Assembly (NCBI GenBank): GCA_027459725.1
Contig: DAIDHK010000003.1
Coordinates: 931-64,930 of the forward strand
DNA length: 64,000 nucleotides
Source of the DNA: Candidatus Levyibacteriota bacterium
GTDB lineage: Bacteria; Patescibacteriota; Microgenomatia; Levybacterales; UBA12049
Direction: 5' to 3'
Below, in pieces: positions 1-7,761 of the stretch. Numbering within the stretch: the stretch's first letter is position 1; each line of letters opens with the position of its first letter. The notes below the pieces were generated by a model, which saw only the letters and a program-made list of their open reading frames with translations, ran no database searches and was not told the DNA's origin. A program made the translations under genes and the position numbers.

Positions 1-130
1 CTGGTGGTACAGGTGTCGGTGGTACAACAAGATTCTCGTCTGGCATAGTTTTATGCTACCCTAACAAACTACCTTGCGTCAAGCTTAGTTATAAATCTAA
101 ACAACAAACATTCGCGAAAACAAATTTGCA

Positions 131-502
131 ATGCAGGTGACTTTGCTCTACCATGATATTATGCCTGCCAAAGTCAGTAACACCAAAAAAAATGATTACC
201 TTCAAACCTTGGAGTATATGTTACTCAAAAAAATAGTAACAGATGTCAAAGCCCAACAAATGAGTATGCCTGAGGCCAAGAAATATGCACAGGATTTTCT
301 AAAACTTCTGCCTTTCTCCTCTTCTGAAGATGCGCAAATTAAAATGCATGAGTATGTACGCAAGTATCCCGTTCATGCAGAGATGGAAGACTACATAAAA
401 GCGTTTAATCACGAGGCTAAAGTAAATTCGATCATTGACAAAATGCGCAAACACCTTAAGAATAATAATATAGATAAAGCTTTGGAGGAAGCGAAAAAAT
501 AA
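131..502 (+). CDS. hypothetical Lys-rich protein, 123 aa
   Basis: Intact ORF with AT-rich codon usage matching the window. It ends 1 bp before the next ORF, so is probably co-transcribed. No recognisable motif. Confidence 0.45.
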   Translation: MQVTLLYHDIMPAKVSNTKKNDYLQTLEYMLLKKIVTDVKAQQMSMPEAKKYAQDFLKLLPFSSSEDAQIKMHEYVRKYPVHAEMEDYIKAFNHEAKVNSIIDKMRKHLKNNNIDKALEEAKK

Positions 503-503
503 T

Positions 504-2351
504 ATGGCAAATATAGACGCCCCAATCACACCAATGGAAGCTGTTACTCCTGCCCGTGATCCAAAAAAAGATACTTTAGATTTAGGAGGAAGAAGAGTTG
601 ACACCCCAGCTGGTGCTCTGGATAAGGCCATGGGCGAACTACCCGATCCCATTTTTGACGCAGAATCTGCATTAAAACAAAATACCTCTGAAGCTCTTTC
701 CCAGAGCTTAGATGGATTAGCCCATGACTCAGATAGAGACTTGCGGGAAGAAATAGATGGCGGTCTAAGAACAAATATGATACGGCAGGACAATCTTCGA
801 CAAAGTAATCAAGCTGCTGCTGAGGTATTGCGACGACGCCATCAAGCCAGGATTGCAGGTACAGCTGCTGCAGGAACAGGCGAACCAGCTGCTGCAACTG
901 GGGCTTCAGCTAGTGATGAGTTGCCTAGTTTTGCCGACACTATGTTCCCTTCAGCGGTCGAACCAGCTACTACCGCAGGAATGGGTGAACCGTCCTCCTT
1001 TTCTAGTTCTTTTACTGCCCAAGAAGCTCAACGCCAAGCAGATCTTATAATGGCAGGTACATTACGTCCTGGAGATGTTAAAGCTGGACCTGCTATGACC
1101 GATGATATAAATAGGCTTCTGGCTGCCAGAGGCTATACTGGTGAACAAATTAAAGCAATTGATGACCATCTTCAGCGATCTGCTGCTGCGACTGGCCCTG
1201 CCACCCCTGGCGGAGGGAATACTGGAGCTGCCGCAGCGGGAACGGGAGAACCCTTAGCAGTAATCGAACCTGAAGCAAGAGGTGTTGATTCCCAAGCTGC
1301 TGTCCCTGAACGAGAAGATACTGGAGCTACAAAAGAATCAGATAAAACACCCGGTAGAGCGGAAGCTGACAAACGACAAAGAATGAATGAACTAGAAACC
1401 AAGTTCAAAGAAAATAAAGTTCCCATGACTGTAGCTGAGCTTAATGAGTTAAGGCAATTACGACAGGAAGGGATTGCATACTTCCCTACTCCACAAGAAG
1501 AATTACAAGATATAAAAAATAAACTTCTTGATCCTTCTTTAACGGATGCCGATCGAGAAAAATTAGGCGATCGTTATAATGATCTCCTTAGGCAAACCAG
1601 CCCTGAAACTGCTGAGACTCTCAGACAACAACTGGAAACCGAGGCCGAGAAAAAAGTGAATGAGTTGGGCAGAGGTTTGGTGGAATCATATTTAAAAGGC
1701 GATGTTAATATGGAAAGCTTGAGAGAGTTGCAATCACTTATAGGACAACAAGTGCTATCAGAAATAACCGGATTTACCCCCGATCAAGCTGCAGAGGCAT
1801 GGAATTTCTTCAAAAAATCTAAACTTGCCCAACATGTTGAATCAGCTTTAGAAACAGGTGTACGTAAACTTTTAAATGAAATGATGGGTATTGAAATGCA
1901 GGTACTTGTAGCTCCTGGTACACTTGATCAAATCAATGACGCTGAAAAAGAAACCTTGCAAACTATTGCAAAAATGGAACAAGATCTGCAATTAAAAAAT
2001 GTCGATTTGGATGATGAAAAGCGACGCAAACAAAGAGGAGAAATCAATAATCAATATATGAAATTAGCCTCTTTAAGAAGTCGTAAGATGGATTTGGCCA
2101 CCAGTTTGCCCAAATTAGAAGCACAATACTCCAACTTACAGCGACAAGTGAGATTTAAATTAGGACTGATGTCTCCCTGGGCTGCACTGGTAGCTTGGGG
2201 TGGTTCACAGACTAGAAAAATATCCGCCGAAATACAATCTAAAATTCAAAGTCAGTTACCTAGTCAGGCATATTTAGCCAACTATGATGCCTATACCAGT
2301 GCTAAATTTGCAAATGCTACGGAAGCTATTCCTCTCAAATCAGCCGCCTAA
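504..2351 (+). CDS. hypothetical protein, 615 aa. The N-terminal half is Ala/Gly/Pro/Thr-rich and low-complexity with internal repeats. The C-terminal half is predicted coiled-coil.
   Basis: Long ORF. Repeated 'AAAGTGEPAA/AAAAGTGEPLA' segments, locally GC-rich DNA (about 800-1300) against an AT-rich background. A charged heptad-like C-terminal region. Confidence 0.55.
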   Translation: MANIDAPITPMEAVTPARDPKKDTLDLGGRRVDTPAGALDKAMGELPDPIFDAESALKQNTSEALSQSLDGLAHDSDRDLREEIDGGLRTNMIRQDNLRQSNQAAAEVLRRRHQARIAGTAAAGTGEPAAATGASASDELPSFADTMFPSAVEPATTAGMGEPSSFSSSFTAQEAQRQADLIMAGTLRPGDVKAGPAMTDDINRLLAARGYTGEQIKAIDDHLQRSAAATGPATPGGGNTGAAAAGTGEPLAVIEPEARGVDSQAAVPEREDTGATKESDKTPGRAEADKRQRMNELETKFKENKVPMTVAELNELRQLRQEGIAYFPTPQEELQDIKNKLLDPSLTDADREKLGDRYNDLLRQTSPETAETLRQQLETEAEKKVNELGRGLVESYLKGDVNMESLRELQSLIGQQVLSEITGFTPDQAAEAWNFFKKSKLAQHVESALETGVRKLLNEMMGIEMQVLVAPGTLDQINDAEKETLQTIAKMEQDLQLKNVDLDDEKRRKQRGEINNQYMKLASLRSRKMDLATSLPKLEAQYSNLQRQVRFKLGLMSPWAALVAWGGSQTRKISAEIQSKIQSQLPSQAYLANYDAYTSAKFANATEAIPLKSAA

Positions 2352-2377
2352 CTAATATAATTGAATCTCAAGTATTT

Positions 2378-2830
2378 TCATTTAGATCCACGGCGTAAAA
2401 AACCAAATAAAATTCGAATTAATCCCCTAGGTCTTTTTGTATCAAGCGACCTCTCATCGGTGGGAGGAATTAGTTTCTCACTAGTTGCAGATTTTACACT
2501 TTCTGATGCGTCCGAGGATAGAGTATGTAAATATTCTGTGATTGCAGCTTGTCTCTTCTCTTCTTGTTGTTGCGCCAATTTAGCATCTTGCATCTCTTGC
2601 AACAATCTTGGCTTGGTTAAATCTTCAATACCCTGATCCAACCTTTGCGAAAAAGTTATTTGTCCCTCTGTTTGAGAGGACTCAGCTTGTAGAGAGATGC
2701 CATGGTGACGCATTGGTCGTTGAGTATGTAAATGCAGTAATGTGCTCACAAAACGCTTCAATCGAGGCTCTGTATTTTTCTCAGTGCTATCTGTTGGGGC
2801 ATTTTCCAGTGATATTCCTTCTTCCATCAT
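2378..2830 (-). CDS. hypothetical acidic protein, 150 aa
   Basis: ORF convergent with the 504..2351 gene. No motif recognised. Confidence 0.4.
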   Translation of the reverse strand: MMEEGISLENAPTDSTEKNTEPRLKRFVSTLLHLHTQRPMRHHGISLQAESSQTEGQITFSQRLDQGIEDLTKPRLLQEMQDAKLAQQQEEKRQAAITEYLHTLSSDASESVKSATSEKLIPPTDERSLDTKRPRGLIRILFGFLRRGSK

Positions 2831-2900
2831 TAAAGATTATATGAGGAGTTAAATAAAAAAACAATTTGTGGAGTATAAAAGATACACCCATTTGTTGAAT

Positions 2901-3131
2901 CTAAACTAGTATATGTTTATTGATAAACGCTCTACCCGAGCCAGATTTGAGATAGTGTTCGAAACTAAAGGCAGTATATTTATTTGAGAAGGCAAAGTAA
3001 GAAATTAGCTTTACTGGTAATCTTTTTTTCGTTGCAACAACTTGACCTTTAGAATGGCGCTCTATTCTCTCTTTTAAATTTTCAGAGCAACCTGTATATT
3101 GCTTACCGTCATTGCGCTTGAGGATATAAAC
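2901..3131 (-). CDS. GIY-YIG nuclease-superfamily protein (UPF0213/YhbQ-like), 76 codons, without a canonical start codon. Possible pseudogene or non-canonical initiation.
   Basis: Hand translation of the minus strand gives 'VYILKRNDGKQYTGCSENLKERIERHSKGQVVATKKRLPVKLISYFAFSNKYTAFSFEHYLKSGSGRAFINKHILV*'. This contains the GIY...YIG...R...H...E core. The codon before V is TAA. There is no ATG/GTG/TTG in frame, which is why it is absent from the ORF track. Confidence 0.4.
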   Translation of the reverse strand, partial: VYILKRNDGKQYTGCSENLKERIERHSKGQVVATKKRLPVKLISYFAFSNKYTAFSFEHYLKSGSGRAFINKHILV

Positions 3132-3331
3132 TTAATAAAAGCAGACTGCGTCTGTCGAAGGTCGCTCGTTAAATGTAGCAATATCTTCGATTTTAGGTCC
3201 AACTTTCATTACAGAAGTCGCCTTCGTTAAAACTCCTGCGACCGAAGGCGGTGTCTGATTGACTACGTTGGAACGTACTATACAGAGATGTTAATGGATA
3301 ATCAATCAAATTTTACCTATGTTTAACATTT

Positions 3332-4318
3332 CTAATGCGCAGAGAAATACTTTTTATTAAGATTAAATGCGTAGTAGCCTGTACCTATGAGAGTAATACC
3401 ACAAATCATCAAGGATATCGGCCATCCTAATGTCCCACTGAAATATTCTCCTGTAATCTTGAGAATATAGATCATGAGAAAAAGAGTTCCAAATGTCAGA
3501 AAGGATTTACTCTTAAGATAAACACTTAAGAATAGTACGGCGAATAACAATCCTGGATAAATTACTTCCCATATTACATCTTGTGAAGGCTTCCAACCAC
3601 CTAACCCAAGTGCAGCTCCAAGAAAAAACAGCACTCCAAAACCATATAATGCTCCTTTCAAATCTTTTTGACTTGTAGAAGAAAAATAATATCCAAGACT
3701 AACATAGGATAATCCAACTAGAAGAAATCGATACTCATAAAATTTAATGTCCGCAAAATATGGATTTGTGCCGATTAGAAAATTAGTAAAGCTGAAGAAA
3801 AACCATGTAGCATATGCAATACTAAAAAATGTAAAAATAGGCTTCTTAAATACGAAATAGGAGCTTATGTACATCGCTAGTAATACTCCAGCAATAAGAC
3901 TCTGAATTCCTGCACTAGATGTATTGAAACCTACTTGGTCAAATACAACTCCTAATCCAAGCGGAATGACAAGTGCAGCGATAAGATGAAATGCATAGCT
4001 AACTGCACCATATTTTTCTTCTTTATGGAGAAGTACACCTATAAGATAAGCTGCAATACCAAACCCAAGTGTAGCAAGGATTTTTGTAAATATATTTAAC
4101 GAACTCCAGTTTTGCCATATCAGCACTGCTACTCCCACAAATACTATAAATCCGCCGATGAAATACAAAACCTCTGACAATCCTAAATCACGTGTTAGAG
4201 TGCTTATATCCTTCTTCCTTCCTGCTTCGAAAGCATGCACTACTTCTGCTTGGGTAATAAGATTCTGTGAGGAGAACGATGTTATAGCTGATAATACCGA
4301 CTCTTTATCCATATTCAT
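3332..4318 (-). CDS. polytopic integral membrane protein of unknown function, 328 aa. About 50-aa cytoplasmic N-terminus followed by about 9-10 TM helices.
   Basis: Long ORF with a hydrophobic periodicity. Overlaps the upstream ORF by adjacent stop/start positions (4318/4320). Confidence 0.55.
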   Translation of the reverse strand: MNMDKESVLSAITSFSSQNLITQAEVVHAFEAGRKKDISTLTRDLGLSEVLYFIGGFIVFVGVAVLIWQNWSSLNIFTKILATLGFGIAAYLIGVLLHKEEKYGAVSYAFHLIAALVIPLGLGVVFDQVGFNTSSAGIQSLIAGVLLAMYISSYFVFKKPIFTFFSIAYATWFFFSFTNFLIGTNPYFADIKFYEYRFLLVGLSYVSLGYYFSSTSQKDLKGALYGFGVLFFLGAALGLGGWKPSQDVIWEVIYPGLLFAVLFLSVYLKSKSFLTFGTLFLMIYILKITGEYFSGTLGWPISLMICGITLIGTGYYAFNLNKKYFSAH

Positions 4319-4319
4319 A

Positions 4320-4874
4320 CTATTGAATTATCCAACCTAGAAAATGAAATGAATCAGAATAGGTTGAACCATTGTTTACAATATTGAGCTTTTTACTTGT
4401 ATTATGTCCTACAAGATACTCAGCATTATAATTATTATCATACCAGAAGAATGGGAAAAAACCATCACCTTGATTTCCATTCTCAATCTTATACCCATCA
4501 GGAGATACATCAGCAGGGTCTAGTGTTAGGTTCTGCGCATTTTGTAGTGCAACAGGCATACTTTCATTAGTCGAAACGTTATGGATATATAGTTGCGGGG
4601 TAGTATACGATCTATAAGTGGGGTATGCAGGTGAAGGTTGAGGTACAACAATGAGTCGTCCATTATTAACAGAATAAGACTGATCGTTATAATAATTTTC
4701 ATCTGTTGTATATAAAAAGCTGTATTTGGGATGAAGGAAAAGACCTGGAATATAAATGCTCGCAACGACAAAAAGTATCACCAATATTGGTATTGCAAAT
4801 CCAATAACAAGGGGCGCATTTTTTTTCTTAAACATAACTATCTCAAGTATTTCAAAAATAAATGTGGAAATCAA
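4320..4874 (-). CDS. N-terminally membrane-anchored protein of unknown function, 184 aa
   Basis: Single N-terminal TM segment (PLVIGFAIPILVILFVVASIYIP) followed by an Asn/Tyr-rich extracytoplasmic domain. In operon arrangement with 3332..4318. Confidence 0.5.
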   Translation of the reverse strand: MISTFIFEILEIVMFKKKNAPLVIGFAIPILVILFVVASIYIPGLFLHPKYSFLYTTDENYYNDQSYSVNNGRLIVVPQPSPAYPTYRSYTTPQLYIHNVSTNESMPVALQNAQNLTLDPADVSPDGYKIENGNQGDGFFPFFWYDNNYNAEYLVGHNTSKKLNIVNNGSTYSDSFHFLGWIIQ

Positions 4875-4923
4875 GGTTCCAACCGTTCCAGTGGTAGATA
4901 AAAAACGAAGCTAAAAAATAGGG

Positions 4924-5010
4924 CGGAGAGGGCGAGATTCGAACTCGCGGTGGAGTTACCTCCACAACAGTTTTCAAGACTATCCTGTTAAACCGCTCCA
5001 GCACCTCTCC
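4924..5010 (-). tRNA. tRNA-Ser (anticodon UGA), class II with a long variable arm. CCA is not encoded.
   Basis: Manual fold of the reverse complement gives a 7-bp acceptor stem GGAGAGG/CCTCTCC and a 3-bp D stem. The anticodon stem is ATAGT/ACTGT with loop CTTGAAA (anticodon TGA). There is an 18-nt variable arm, a T arm GCGAG-TTCGAAT-CTCGC, and discriminator G. Confidence 0.8.
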
Positions 5011-5100
5011 TGGTAGCAAAAAGTATATCAAATACCCCTATACACTACAAGCTAAGGCTAAATATTAGTTGACCATGGTTTCCCATACAACAATTCTATA

Positions 5101-5313
5101 TTGATGAGAGACACGCAACGAAAAGGAAATATCCCTGTATCACAAGCAATAGCTAGCTTTACACAAATGGGTTATGATATCGTTTTACTACTAACAGAAT
5201 CAGCATCTTATGATTTATTAGTAGACATTGGTCTTGAAATAAAACGTATACAAGTAAGGTATTGTAGTAGTAATAGTGTTGATCTAAGGAGAGTACATTC
5301 AAATTCTAAATGA
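5101..5313 (+). CDS. small ORF with a PD-(D/E)xK-like pattern (Hjc/YraN-like nuclease fold?), probably truncated. 70 aa.
   Basis: 'GNIPVSQAIASFTQMGYDIVLLLTESASYDLLVDIGLEIKRIQVRY' resembles the G..E..A..L...GY.I......DLI....E.K core of small restriction-endonuclease-like proteins. It is short and partly degenerate, and sits next to the tRNA. Confidence 0.25.
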   Translation: MMRDTQRKGNIPVSQAIASFTQMGYDIVLLLTESASYDLLVDIGLEIKRIQVRYCSSNSVDLRRVHSNSK

Positions 5314-5578
5314 TACGTAGTCAAAAAAATAAAATAGAATGCTTATGACTGGCTCTATGTTCTTAAAAATGATGGCAAAGAATATTTGATTAAAATTGTT
5401 TGTCAAACCGAAGAGCAATAAGATCAAAGAAAGAACATTTACTAATCCATACAAATTATTCTTAGTTCTCTACTTGTAAAAAACTTTCGGTATGAACTAA
5501 TCCGCATTATAGTCTGGGCTCTGATTCTGGGATCTTGGCTTGACAGTAATACAAAAATACAGCAAACTAGAGTTATCT

Positions 5579-7693
5579 ATGTTTTCTCTTGCCCGTAAAT
5601 TGTTACTAACACTGTCAATAGCTCTTATTGTAATAATTTTTGCGATCAACCCGGCTTTTGCACAAACTACTACATCTACCACGCAAAGTGTAACGCCAAC
5701 AGTTGCAGATTATGCTGAAAATTTAAATGTTCAAAAACTGATGATTAACGTCATGAGTGCCATGAGTTGTCAGGTAGCAGGTATTAATGCAGCCTATCCC
5801 AATCAAGCTTGTTACGGCCAAAAGAGCAACCCCTTAAATGGTCAGGTTTCCCTGCAGAACACAAACAACCTCGGACTCATCGGCCTTGCAGTTCAGGGCA
5901 TCAACCTTACTTTTACTCCTATTGCCTCTCCCAATACCTATTTTCAGGATTTAGCTCAAAATTTCGGTTTTGTGAAACATACTTACGCATCTACCACCAC
6001 ACAATGTGCAAACGGCGGAGTATACGGGCAAGGAGTAGGATTTTGCCAGCTGCATCCACTGATGCAAATTTGGACTGTTGTCCGTAATCTTGCCTATTTA
6101 GGTTTTGTAGTAGTATTCATCTTTATTGGATTCGCCATAATGTTTAGAATAAAAATGAATCCTAATACCGTTGTAAGTATTCAAAGTACAATTCCCAAAG
6201 TCATAATTGCCTTGATTCTAATAACTTTTTCCTATGCCATTTCAGGATTTTTAATTGATATCATGTATGTTTCAATTGGAGTCATCACCCAGCTCGGAGA
6301 ACAAGTAGATCCTATTTCAATTAATAGTAATCATCAAAAGAACCCTGACATGGACAAAATTTTTTCTACTTTACAAGGAGATAATCCAATCAGCTTTGCC
6401 AGTCAAATGGTGGGATTAGGAGGAACAGCCAGTAACACTGCTCACGCTTTAGGAGATGCTGCTGGAGGAATTATAGGATCGTTCGGAGAAGGCGGTACAA
6501 TAATTGCCGCTTTGATTGGCGGCCTGGCGGGATCCAAAGTAGCCTCGGCACTTGGTTCGGGTCTGCAAATTGGAGGAGCAATAGTTGGAACAGCCATTGC
6601 AGCTATCACCGGAAATCCCGAACTCATACCAGCACTTTCTATGGGCGGAGCGAATATAGGTGGAGCTTTGGGACAAGTTATCGGTATCTCAGCTGGTGTT
6701 GGCAGCGCTATAAATAACGCCAGCGGCACTGTTGCCTGGATCGGCTATGTTGCAGCTGTGCTTATTTTATTTGTCGGAATACTAATTTCACTAGCACGGC
6801 TTTGGCTAACTTTGATTATGGCATATATAACTATTTTAGTAGATGTTGTCTTCGCACCGTTTTGGATTTTACTAGCAATTGTACCAAAATCTAAATTCAC
6901 TTTTACTTCCTGGATCAAGGATATGATTGCTAATCTGGCTGTTTTTCCGATGGTTATCGGCATTTTTGTCATAGCAAAGATATTCATCGATGCATTTAGT
7001 ACAGGCGTTGGGAATGGTGAGTTATTTGCTCCACCTCTTGTAGGCTTAGGCTCATTAAATGATGGGGCTAATACCATGCAAGGGATTATTGGCCTTGGTT
7101 TTATATTTATGGCACCTTCCCTGCTTAATATCTCACGCTCAATTTTTGGAGCGCCTAAATCAACTTTAATGTCTAATAGTATACAAAGCTTTATGATAGG
7201 AGCACAATCAGGCAGAAGAATTTGGGGAGTAACTGGCGGTAGGTTAATCGGTGTTGATAAAAACGGAAAGCCTAAACCATTCAGTGCAATGCTTGCGAAT
7301 AATCGCGCTGAAAGGGCCCATCACAAAACTGATGAACTACTTACTCTTCAAAGAGATCTTGATGCAGGCAAACTTACAGGCTTTGATGCAGTACGAGCTA
7401 AAGCCAAACTTCGACTCGCCAATGCGGGAAGAGGTTTCTCTAATCTGGGTCAAAATAGTACAGTAGAATTTAGGGAGAAACTTCGTAGTCGCTTAGACGA
7501 ACTACAAAGATCGGGTAGGTTTGATGGCCCTCAAATGGAAAAGTATATGAAAGACTATGCTGCCCGAGAAGTGGCCAGGTCAACAGGGCGAGCAAAATTA
7601 GCTACTAGTGAAAATCAGGTACTCGAGAAAGTTTTACAGGAATACAATCTAGGTGTTAAGCAACCAAATCCCACTCCCGGTGGCTCGCATTAG
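5579..7693 (+). CDS. VirB6/TrbL-like polytopic membrane protein. Signal peptide, Cys-containing extracytoplasmic N-domain, Gly-rich multi-TM core, about 170-aa charged cytoplasmic C-terminal tail. The ORF opens at 5540 with TTG, but the ATG at 5579 begins a canonical signal peptide.
   Basis: MFSLARKLLLTLSIALIVIIFAINPAFAQ signal peptide. There are at least 6 long hydrophobic segments with GxxxG/glycine-zipper runs. A basic/acidic C-terminus. Its size and topology match the TcpH/PrgH/VirB6 class, and it is in a locus with VirB4. Confidence 0.45.
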   Translation: MFSLARKLLLTLSIALIVIIFAINPAFAQTTTSTTQSVTPTVADYAENLNVQKLMINVMSAMSCQVAGINAAYPNQACYGQKSNPLNGQVSLQNTNNLGLIGLAVQGINLTFTPIASPNTYFQDLAQNFGFVKHTYASTTTQCANGGVYGQGVGFCQLHPLMQIWTVVRNLAYLGFVVVFIFIGFAIMFRIKMNPNTVVSIQSTIPKVIIALILITFSYAISGFLIDIMYVSIGVITQLGEQVDPISINSNHQKNPDMDKIFSTLQGDNPISFASQMVGLGGTASNTAHALGDAAGGIIGSFGEGGTIIAALIGGLAGSKVASALGSGLQIGGAIVGTAIAAITGNPELIPALSMGGANIGGALGQVIGISAGVGSAINNASGTVAWIGYVAAVLILFVGILISLARLWLTLIMAYITILVDVVFAPFWILLAIVPKSKFTFTSWIKDMIANLAVFPMVIGIFVIAKIFIDAFSTGVGNGELFAPPLVGLGSLNDGANTMQGIIGLGFIFMAPSLLNISRSIFGAPKSTLMSNSIQSFMIGAQSGRRIWGVTGGRLIGVDKNGKPKPFSAMLANNRAERAHHKTDELLTLQRDLDAGKLTGFDAVRAKAKLRLANAGRGFSNLGQNSTVEFREKLRSRLDELQRSGRFDGPQMEKYMKDYAAREVARSTGRAKLATSENQVLEKVLQEYNLGVKQPNPTPGGSH

Positions 7694-7761
7694 CCAATCC
7701 AACCGTTATAACATTTGGACGTCACTAAAATTTACTTTTAATCTTTAATGCTTAAAGAGGA

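Noticed and set aside
299-897. Antisense ORFs 299..793 (-) and 544..897 (-) overlapping the 131..502 and 504..2351 genes
   Set aside because: They lie entirely in the shadow of longer, compositionally coherent + strand ORFs. Their sequences are Ser/Leu/Arg-rich, which is typical of antisense artefacts.
2845-3331. Possible structured ncRNA (RNase P RNA, tmRNA or SRP RNA) in the 490-bp gap
   Set aside because: No conserved P4/GGAAAGUCC, tmRNA tag or SRP GGAA tetraloop motifs were seen. The gap is instead largely explained by the start-less GIY-YIG ORF on the minus strand. Only a weak 8-bp hairpin (3209..3252) remains.
5540-5578. TTG start at 5540 for the VirB6-like gene, and the 41133 start for jag
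   Set aside because: For the VirB6-like gene, the internal ATG at 5579 begins a canonical signal peptide. The upstream extension would place a TTGACA-like hexamer (5540..5545) inside the coding sequence. For jag, the ATG at 41190 avoids a 56-bp overlap with yidC and starts at the conserved MEDKQ.
6442-7077. Minus-strand ORFs inside the VirB6-like gene (6442..6729, 6449..6676, 6745..7077)
   Set aside because: Artefacts of the Gly/Ala-rich codons (GGN/GCN) on the sense strand.
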